From assembly GCA_036521135.1 (NCBI GenBank), contig DATDII010000192.1:1-28941 (forward strand): a stretch of 28,941 bases of DNA. The letters are read 5' to 3'. The position numbers and the translations under genes were made by a program. How positions within the stretch are numbered: position 1 is the first letter of the stretch; each line of letters starts with the position of its first letter. The notes under the pieces were generated by a model. The model saw nothing but the letters and a program-made list of their open reading frames with translations. It was not told the DNA's origin and did no database searches. This document shows, piece by piece, positions 1 to 6,330 of this stretch. Source of the DNA: Candidatus Dormiibacterota bacterium (lineage in GTDB: Bacteria > Chloroflexota > Dormibacteria > Aeolococcales > Bog-877).

Positions 1-49
1 GGCGCCAGAGGGCCCTTCGCAGGTCCTCCTCTCCCAGGAGCTCGGGCAT
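1..49 (-). CDS. pyrR: 5' end (partial) of pyrimidine operon regulator / uracil phosphoribosyltransferase PyrR
   Basis: ATG at 49, 26 nt after the pyrB stop, reads MPELLGEEDLRRALWR to the window edge. This resembles the PyrR N-terminus (..ELM...EMRRAL.RIAHE). A PyrR-binding RNA motif lies upstream of the operon. Only 16 codons are visible. Confidence 0.7.
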   Translation of the reverse strand, partial: MPELLGEEDLRRALWR

Positions 50-75
50 CCCCGCCGCCGTCGCCTGGCCTGTGG

Positions 76-1026
76 TCACGGGGCGAGCAGGGTCTTGATC
101 AGGGCCATCCGCACCGACACCCCGTTGCGGGCCTGGCGGAAGTAGGCGGCCCGGGGATCCTGGTCCACTGCCGGGTCGATCTCCCCGACCCTTGGCAGGG
201 GGTGCATCACGATCGCCCCCGGGGCCAGCCGCTCCATCACCCGCTCAGTGATCCTGAAGTCGCCGCGCTGGTCCTCGGAGTCGGTCCAGGGCTCGCTGAA
301 GCGCTCCACCTGGATCCGGGTCTGGTAGACGACGTCGGCGTCACCGACCGCAGCCAAGAGGTCCTCCGTCTCCCTGACCTTGGCCCCGTGCTTGAGCAGG
401 TGGTCGACCACCCCCTGGCTCATCCGGATCCGGTCAGGCGCGACCAGGGTGACCCGGAGGCCGGGGTAGAGCGCCAGGAGGTAGGCGAGCGAGTGGACGG
501 TGCGGCCGTGGCTGAGGTCGCCGACCATGACCACGTGCAGGTCGTCGAGCCGGCCGACCTCGCTCTGGATGGTGAAGAGGTCGAGCAGGGCCTGGGTCGG
601 GTGCTGGCCGGGCCCGTCCCCGGCGTTGACGATGGGGACCGGGGAGACCTCGGCCGCGCGCAGGGCGGCCCCTTCCTCGGAGTGGCGCAGGACGATGCAG
701 TCGGAGTAGCCGGCCACGATCCGGACCGTGTCCTCGAGGGTCTCGCCCTTGACCGCCGAGGAGAAGTCCCGGGCGTTCTCGGTGCTGATCACCTGGCCGC
801 CCAGGCGGAGCATCGCCGCCTCGAAGCTGAGCCGGGTCCTTGTGCTGGGCTCGTAGAAGAGCGTCGCCATGATCCGGCCGCTGAGGAGCTGGCCGCCCCC
901 TGCCTCCTTGAGCTGCTCCATCTCCGCCGTCAGCCGGAAGAGCTGGGCCAGGCGATCGCGATCGAACTGCTGGGCGGCGACCACGTGCTCGAGGGGGGTC
1001 GCCGCAGCGGGCCTGCTCGCCGCCAT
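76..1026 (-). CDS. pyrB: Aspartate carbamoyltransferase catalytic subunit (plant-like sequence type)
   Basis: Motifs FYEPSTRTRLSFE, NAGDGPGQHPTQALLD, YQTRIQ and MHPLPR. ATG 1026 is preferred over GTG 1032 because GGAGG (1036-1032) lies 5 nt upstream of it. Confidence 0.97.
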   Translation of the reverse strand: MAASRPAAATPLEHVVAAQQFDRDRLAQLFRLTAEMEQLKEAGGGQLLSGRIMATLFYEPSTRTRLSFEAAMLRLGGQVISTENARDFSSAVKGETLEDTVRIVAGYSDCIVLRHSEEGAALRAAEVSPVPIVNAGDGPGQHPTQALLDLFTIQSEVGRLDDLHVVMVGDLSHGRTVHSLAYLLALYPGLRVTLVAPDRIRMSQGVVDHLLKHGAKVRETEDLLAAVGDADVVYQTRIQVERFSEPWTDSEDQRGDFRITERVMERLAPGAIVMHPLPRVGEIDPAVDQDPRAAYFRQARNGVSVRMALIKTLLAP

Positions 1027-1090
1027 CTCCACCTCCCCAAGGGATCCCGGGGCTCGGCAGGCGGCCGCAGCGGCACCGCGCCGCTCAGCT

Positions 1091-1121
1091 CCTTACCGGC
1101 CTCGCTGGACCGGTTTCAAGG
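1091..1121 (-). ncRNA. PyrR-binding RNA element (pyr leader binding loop)
   Basis: Minus strand reads CCUU-GAAA-CCG-GUC-CAGCGA-GGC-CGG-U-AAGG: lower CCUU/AAGG stem, purine bulge, upper stem and CNGNGA hexaloop. It matches the known GUCC-NGNG-AGGC PyrR site and lies in the 5' leader of pyrB. Confidence 0.85.
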
Positions 1122-1134
1122 TCGCGTCCGCGCC

Positions 1135-1140
1135 ATCATA
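1135..1140 (-). promoter_or_regulatory. Putative sigma70-type -10 box (TATGAT) of the pyrB-pyrR leader
   Basis: TATGAT is 1 mismatch from TATAAT and sits 13 nt upstream of the PyrR element, in the dnaJ-pyrB intergenic gap. Confidence 0.55.
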
Positions 1141-1167
1141 GCGGTGGCCGCGGACGGGCGGCGGCCC

Positions 1168-2274
1168 TCAGTCGATCGAGCCGTCGGCGGCCGCCAGCTG
1201 GAGGTAGGCGGCCCGCTCCTCCTCGCTCAGGGGCGAGCGCCCGGCCGAGAGCACCTTGACCCGGAGGAAGAGGTCCCCGGGCGTCGCCGAGGCCTTGAGT
1301 TGGGGGATCCCCTTGCCGACCACCCGCAGCGTCCTTCCCGGGGGGCAGTGGGGCGGGATGGTGACCTCGAGCCGACCGGTCGGGCCCTCGGCGACCACCT
1401 TGCCGCCGAGCGCCGCGCGATAGTCCCGGACCGGCAGGTCGCGATAGACATTGCGGCCCTTGACCTCGGTGCCGCGATCGAGCTTGAGCCTGACCCGGAG
1501 GTAGAGGTCGCCCCGGCCCCCCTCCCGGACCCCGCTTCCGCCCTCGCCCGCGACCCGGATCTTGGACCCCTCGGTCACGCCCGGGGGGATGGTCACCTTG
1601 AGGGTCCGGCGCCGGTATTGGCGGCCGGTGCCGGAGCAGGCGGGGCAGGCCTTGACCCCGACCTGGGTCGCCGTGCCGCCGCTCGACCCGCCCTCCGCCA
1701 CCCGGCCGCTGCCCCGGCAGGTGGGACAGGGCTCGACGATCGAGACGTGCATCGTGCGCTCGCCGCCCTGGACGGCCTCGGCCAGGGTCACCTCGAGCTG
1801 GTCCTCGGTGTCGGCGCCCTTCTTGGAGGCGGAGTTCTCCCGGCGCAGCTGCTCCATCTGGGCCTCGATCCAGGGATCGGCGCCGTCGCCGCCGGTGCCC
1901 CGGGTGCCGAAGAAGGTCTCGAAGAAGTCGCTGAAGCCGCCAAAGCGGGCCCCTGACCGGTCGGCCGCCCGCTGGGCGGTGTCGCGGGCGCGCGCCCCGG
2001 CCTCGGCGAACGGCTGGCCGTGCTCCCGGCGGAAGGCCTCAGCCCGCTCGATCTGCTCCCAGTCGGCGCCGAGGCGGTCGTACTTGGAGCGCTTCTCCTG
2101 GTCCTTGAGCACCTCGTAGGCCTCGTTGACGCGCTTGAAGCGCTCGGTCGCCTTGGGATCCTTGTTGACGTCCGGGTGCAGCTCGCGGGCCAGCTTGCGG
2201 TAGCGGGCCCGGATCTCCTTGTCGGTGGCGGTGCGAGGCACGCCCAGGGTCGCGTAGTAGTCACGGAACTCCAC
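1168..2274 (-). CDS. DnaJ-family chaperone (J domain, one zinc finger, C-terminal substrate-binding domain)
   Basis: MEFRDYYATLGV…LHPDVN (HPD motif), a DFFETFFG motif, two CxxCxGxG repeats (CPTCRGSG, CPACSGTG), and V.IPPGV..G.KIRV.GEG…GDLY. Confidence 0.93.
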   Translation of the reverse strand: MEFRDYYATLGVPRTATDKEIRARYRKLARELHPDVNKDPKATERFKRVNEAYEVLKDQEKRSKYDRLGADWEQIERAEAFRREHGQPFAEAGARARDTAQRAADRSGARFGGFSDFFETFFGTRGTGGDGADPWIEAQMEQLRRENSASKKGADTEDQLEVTLAEAVQGGERTMHVSIVEPCPTCRGSGRVAEGGSSGGTATQVGVKACPACSGTGRQYRRRTLKVTIPPGVTEGSKIRVAGEGGSGVREGGRGDLYLRVRLKLDRGTEVKGRNVYRDLPVRDYRAALGGKVVAEGPTGRLEVTIPPHCPPGRTLRVVGKGIPQLKASATPGDLFLRVKVLSAGRSPLSEEERAAYLQLAAADGSID

Positions 2275-2280
2275 AGCTTC

Positions 2281-2286
2281 AAGGTA
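2281..2286 (-). promoter_or_regulatory. Putative -10 box (TACCTT) of leaderless dnaJ transcript
   Basis: TANNNT 6 nt before GTG 2274; no Shine-Dalgarno present. Confidence 0.5.
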
Positions 2287-2301
2287 CCGCCTGGACCTGG
2301 C

Positions 2302-3561
2302 TCACGAAACTCGCCCGGGCCGGTCGGCCGTCTCCAGCTGGGCCCGGATCTCGTCGACCAGGCCTTCCATCTCCGGTAGAAGTCCGCCGTCCGGCCCCAG
2401 GACGGGCCCCTCGAAGATGAACCGGGCCAGCTCCCGGCCGGGTCGGGACTGGCCCTGGACCAGGAGCGCCGACTCCCCTGGAAGGGGGCCGCTCAAGGGG
2501 AGCTCCGAGGTCGCGAGGTAGCGTCCGGACGCCGCCCTCTGGCCCCGGCTGCTGGCCACACCCGGCTCAGCCCGGCGCTGCCCTCGTTGGTAGAGGATGA
2601 GCTGCGACCAGTAGGAGTCGAGGCCCTGGTCGCTGCCCGGCGCCAAGCCAAAGCTGGCCAGGTGCTGCTCCAGGATTCCAGGTACCAGCTCGTCCCGGGC
2701 GCTCAGGCTGAAGAGGGGCACCGAGGCCACCAGCCGGGGGTTGATCTCGATGCAGCGGAGGTTCCCGTCGGTCCCCGCCACCAGGTCCAGCCCGAAGATG
2801 CCAAGGTGGCCGGCGCCCCTTAGCCACTCCGCGGCCCGCAGCGCCAGGCGGCGGATCTGGTCCGCCCCCGGAGGTGGCCGGTGGTAGTCGTTGCCGCAGG
2901 ACCCGAGCGGGTGCGGGGTCAGGCTCGGGATCCCGGTCAGCTGGATGCCTGCCTGGCCGACCAGGAGGCGCTCCCTTGAGACCACCCCGGTGACCGTGAC
3001 CGGGGTGCCGGCGATCCGCTCCGCGACCCGGCAGGGCCGGCCTCGGAACTGCTCGACCAGGCGCTCGAGCTGAGCCCGGTCAGGCACCGGGTAGGTGTGC
3101 TCGCCGGAGAAGCCCCGGGCCAGCTGGAAGACCAGGGGAAAGCGCAGCTCACCGGCTGACCGGAGCAGCTCCATGGTCGCCAGCCCGGTCTTGGTCGGGG
3201 GGGTCGGCAGACCCGCCTCCTCGGCGATCCGGCTGAACTGGCTCTTGTTCTCGATCCGGCGGGCGATCCGCGCCGGCGAGTTGGCGAGGAGAACGCCGAG
3301 GTCGCGGGCGACCGCCTCCGCTCCGGCCGAGCTCTTCCAGACCACGGCCGCCCCGAACCCGCCCTGGAGCCGCCGCTGCAGCTTCGGGTCCAGGAGCAGC
3401 GCCGAGGTGGAGCGGGCGCCGGTACCTGGGAAGGCCTCCCAAGCGGGCTGGCCGCCGGGAGCGATCCCGGCGCCGTCGGCGCAGAGGACCGGGAGCCCGC
3501 TCGCGATCGCCGGGAGCGGGTCGGGCCCGAGGAAGACCGCCTTGGACCTCGTTTCGGTCAT
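2302..3561 (-). CDS. ATP-grasp domain ligase, unknown substrate
   Basis: ENKSQF…AGLPTP, FPLVFQLARGFSGEHT, QLTG.P.LTP…GSCGND, GIFGLD, IEINPRL. Start overlaps the upstream stop (GTGA/ATGA-type 4-nt overlap, 3558-3561). Confidence 0.85.
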   Translation of the reverse strand: MTETRSKAVFLGPDPLPAIASGLPVLCADGAGIAPGGQPAWEAFPGTGARSTSALLLDPKLQRRLQGGFGAAVVWKSSAGAEAVARDLGVLLANSPARIARRIENKSQFSRIAEEAGLPTPPTKTGLATMELLRSAGELRFPLVFQLARGFSGEHTYPVPDRAQLERLVEQFRGRPCRVAERIAGTPVTVTGVVSRERLLVGQAGIQLTGIPSLTPHPLGSCGNDYHRPPPGADQIRRLALRAAEWLRGAGHLGIFGLDLVAGTDGNLRCIEINPRLVASVPLFSLSARDELVPGILEQHLASFGLAPGSDQGLDSYWSQLILYQRGQRRAEPGVASSRGQRAASGRYLATSELPLSGPLPGESALLVQGQSRPGRELARFIFEGPVLGPDGGLLPEMEGLVDEIRAQLETADRPGRVS

Positions 3562-4631
3562 GGCCGCTGGAACCCGGCCCCGGTGAGAATGCGGTCCAGC
3601 TCGCTCTCGGAGCTGGCCGAGGGCAGGTCGAGCTCGCGAGCCGGGGTTGGTGCCTGGTCGAGCTGGGCCTCGTCGCCGGTCAAGAGGGCGACCCAGGCTC
3701 CGGCCGGCCCGAGCCGCCGGCTCGCCGCCTCCCGCATCGCCGCCAGGGCGGCCAGGCCTTCCCAGGAGGTGCGCACACCCCGGCGCTCAGCCACCGGGCG
3801 GACGGCGGCGGCGGCGGCGCCCACCCGCCAGCCCCGTCCCCCGCTGGCGCGGACGGCCCGGCGGACGGCCGGGGCCAGCCGGGAGCGGTGGGTCCCGAGC
3901 TCGCCGAGGGTTGCCTCCGAGGTCGGCTCGCTTGTGCTCCGGCCGTACCAGGGCCGGGTCAGCTCACCCCCCGGTTCGCCCTCGACGATGTGCAGCTGGG
4001 GGCGCTCCTGGGCGGGGAGGAGCTGGTCGAACCCCTGGGCCAGACCCAGGGCCGAGGCACCGCTGCTGGAGAAGAGGAAGACGGCAGCCACCGGGCCCGC
4101 GTCCAGCAGCTCGGCGGCCAGACCCCGGTAGGCGTTGGGGGCGAGCCGGTTCACCGAGCCGCGCAGGTCGGCAAGGCCCCAGCTCTGGACAGCGTGGTGG
4201 AGCAGGGCAACCGGGCGGTCGCTGGTGACGGTCAGCTGCTGATAGATCCTCAGCCGATCGAGCTTGAGTCGAGGGGTCCGGGGGGAGACCAGGCTGAGGA
4301 GCCGGATCCCGCCCAGGGAGGCGTAGGCGGCGGCGGCGATGGCCGCGTTGCCACTGGAGGAGATCACGGCCTGGCGCTGGTTTCCGGCCACCAGCTCCGA
4401 GCAGAGCAGGCTCAGGCAGCGCCCCTTGTGGGACCCGCTTGGGGAGAGGTCCTCTCGCTTCAGGAGCAGGCCCGGGATCCCGAGGTCCCGGCCCAGCTCT
4501 GCTCCATCCTCCAGCGCCGTCCCGCCCTCGCCGAGAGAGAGCTGAGATGCAGCCGGTAGACTGACGCCGAAGAGGCGGGCATGGACCCACTGGCCCTGGG
4601 GCTGGCCCCCGCCCGGCTCAGGGGTGGACAT
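3558..4631 (-). CDS. Fold-type II PLP-dependent enzyme, threonine-synthase-like
   Basis: SLGEGGTAL, LKREDLSPSGSHKGR (Schiff-base Lys), SSSGNAA, phosphate loop FSSSGAS, SWEGLAALAA and VALLTG. Confidence 0.85.
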   Translation of the reverse strand: MSTPEPGGGQPQGQWVHARLFGVSLPAASQLSLGEGGTALEDGAELGRDLGIPGLLLKREDLSPSGSHKGRCLSLLCSELVAGNQRQAVISSSGNAAIAAAAYASLGGIRLLSLVSPRTPRLKLDRLRIYQQLTVTSDRPVALLHHAVQSWGLADLRGSVNRLAPNAYRGLAAELLDAGPVAAVFLFSSSGASALGLAQGFDQLLPAQERPQLHIVEGEPGGELTRPWYGRSTSEPTSEATLGELGTHRSRLAPAVRRAVRASGGRGWRVGAAAAAVRPVAERRGVRTSWEGLAALAAMREAASRRLGPAGAWVALLTGDEAQLDQAPTPARELDLPSASSESELDRILTGAGFQRP

Positions 4632-4645
4632 TGAGGAGGTTGTCC

Positions 4646-4819
4646 GTGGGCGGCATCGGCGCGACCGTGAAGCACTGCCCCGATTGCGGTGCCGAACTCG
4701 AGCTCGGCGACGTCGAGGAGGTGGGCGACCTGGTCGACTGCCCCAACTGCGGTGCCACCTTCGAGCTGATCGCCCTCACCCCCCTGACCCTGGCTCTCTT
4801 CGAGGACGAGGAGAAGTAG
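4646..4819 (+). CDS. LysW-like zinc-ribbon carrier protein, 57 aa, atypical C-terminus FEDEEK
   Basis: CPDCGAELELGDVEEVGDLVDCPNCGATFELIALTPLTL aligns with the LysW pattern CPECGAEL…ELGELVVCxxCGAELEVVGLDPLRL. The protein is acidic. Strong SD GAGGAGG (4633-4639) precedes GTG 4646. Confidence 0.85.
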   Translation: MGGIGATVKHCPDCGAELELGDVEEVGDLVDCPNCGATFELIALTPLTLALFEDEEK

Positions 4820-6314
4820 CGGCGCGGACCGCCTGACGGAAGCCGCCCTCGCGGTAGTGGGCGGAGAAGAATCCGGGGCAGGCGGGCGAGAGCAGGACCG
4901 CCTCCCCGGGCCTGGCCTCGGCCACCGCCGCCCGGACCGCCTCCTGCAGGTGCTCCGTCTTTCGAACCAGCTCCCCCTTGCCGGCGCTGCCGAGCTCGCC
5001 GGCGAGCCGGTCCGAGCCCGCGCCAGCGAGGAGGAAGACGAGCCGGACCGGGCCGCCGACCAGCGCCACCAGCTCACCGAAGTCGATGCCCTTGTCCTCG
5101 CCGCCGGCGATGAGGATGCAGGTCCGGCCCACACCCCTGACCGCGGCGACCGTGGATTGGGGGGTCGTGCTGGCGAGGTCGTCGATAAAGTCGACCCCCT
5201 GGTGCTGCCGCACCAGTTCGGTGCGGTGCCGCAGCGGCCGGAAGTCGGCGATCTCACGGGCGGCGGCGGCCAGCCGCTCGGGATCAGCCGGGGTGAGCGC
5301 CGCCAGCACCGTCAGGGCGGCCCGGACGTTGCTCTGGTTGTGGGCGCCGACGAGGCCGATCTGCTCCGCCGCCATAGCGGTCAGGGTCTCCTCATCCCAG
5401 CGGACCCGGATCTGGCCAGCCTCCTCGAAGGCTCCCGGCCGGCCCTCGAGGCCCGCCTCGGACCGGGCGAAGCGCAGCTCCCGGATGCCCTCCGCCAGGG
5501 GGGCGCCCTCGAGGCTGAGCCGGTCCTCCCCGTTCCGCACCGCCACCTCGCAGCCGGGCAGCTCGAAGATGCGGCGTTTGGCCCTGATGTAGCCCGCCAG
5601 CCCCTGATGCTCGTCGAGGTGGTTGGGCGAGATGTTGGTGAGGCAGCCGACCCTTGGGGCCCGGTCGAGCTGGAGCAGCTGGCGGTTGCTGATCTCCAGG
5701 ACCAGGCAGCTTCCCCCCTGGTCGCGGGCGACCTCCTCCAGCGCCTGGCGGTCGTGACGGTCGTTGCCGGCGAGCCAGACCTTCTGGTAGATCCCGGTCG
5801 CCCGCAGGACCGATGCCACCAGGGCGCTGGTCGTCGACTTGCCGTGGCTGCCAGTCACCCCGACCACCTCGCCCTTGGCCAGGTCGAGATAGGCCTGGAC
5901 CAGGGAGTAGAAGGGGTGGCCGCGGTCCTGCAGCTGGAGCAGGGGCGCGTTGGCGGGGGCCAGGAACCAGGCCTGGGTTGGGATGATCAGGGCCGAGTCG
6001 GCGATCCCCTCCAGGTAGCGGTCGGCGAGCCTTAGGGCCTGGAGGCCGGAGAGCAGCTCCTCGAGCCGGAGCTGCCGCTCCCGGCGGTCCAGCCCCGCGT
6101 GGGCCAGGGAGTGGGCCTGCTGGAGGTGCTCCAGGTCCGGTTGCTGGTCGTGACCGACGAGGTTGGTGAAGCCCGCCGCCACCAGGTAGCGGGCCATCTC
6201 GCCTCCCTCGACGCTGGCCACCCCGACCAGGTCGATCCGCCGGTCGCGGAGGTCGGCCAGGGCCGGCGGCACCCGGAGCGTCGCGGTCGCCGCCAGGGGG
6301 CCCGGAGACTCCAT
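4776..6314 (-). CDS. MurD-like ATP-dependent Mur ligase (divergent)
   Basis: GVTGSHGKSTT, VLEISNRQL, LTNISPNHLDEH, GAHNQSN, LRHRTELV, LIAGGEDKG, VLLSPAC. Start set at ATG 6314; the 758-aa ORF's upstream extension overlaps the NlpC/P60 gene and is spurious. Confidence 0.88.
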   Translation of the reverse strand: MESPGPLAATATLRVPPALADLRDRRIDLVGVASVEGGEMARYLVAAGFTNLVGHDQQPDLEHLQQAHSLAHAGLDRRERQLRLEELLSGLQALRLADRYLEGIADSALIIPTQAWFLAPANAPLLQLQDRGHPFYSLVQAYLDLAKGEVVGVTGSHGKSTTSALVASVLRATGIYQKVWLAGNDRHDRQALEEVARDQGGSCLVLEISNRQLLQLDRAPRVGCLTNISPNHLDEHQGLAGYIRAKRRIFELPGCEVAVRNGEDRLSLEGAPLAEGIRELRFARSEAGLEGRPGAFEEAGQIRVRWDEETLTAMAAEQIGLVGAHNQSNVRAALTVLAALTPADPERLAAAAREIADFRPLRHRTELVRQHQGVDFIDDLASTTPQSTVAAVRGVGRTCILIAGGEDKGIDFGELVALVGGPVRLVFLLAGAGSDRLAGELGSAGKGELVRKTEHLQEAVRAAVAEARPGEAVLLSPACPGFFSAHYREGGFRQAVRAATSPRPRREPGSGG

Positions 6315-6321
6315 CGGGGCT

Positions 6322-6327
6322 AGGTTA
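6322..6327 (-). promoter_or_regulatory. Putative -10 box (TAACCT) of leaderless murD-like transcript
   Basis: TANNNT 7 nt before ATG 6314; no SD. Confidence 0.5.
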
Positions 6328-6330
6328 GCG

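Noticed and set aside
4632-4778. murD-like and PLP-enzyme genes are in the same frame, separated by a single TGA and 48 sense codons (possible read-through fusion)
   Set aside because: The open linker is explained by being antisense to the GC-rich LysW-like CDS. Its translation is Arg-rich and non-protein-like, and I see no SECIS or read-through signal.
4646-4819. Calling this locus a LysW/LysX lysine or arginine biosynthesis operon
   Set aside because: No EDWGE tail, no lysZ/Y/J/K, and the ATP-grasp protein does not resemble LysX/RimK.
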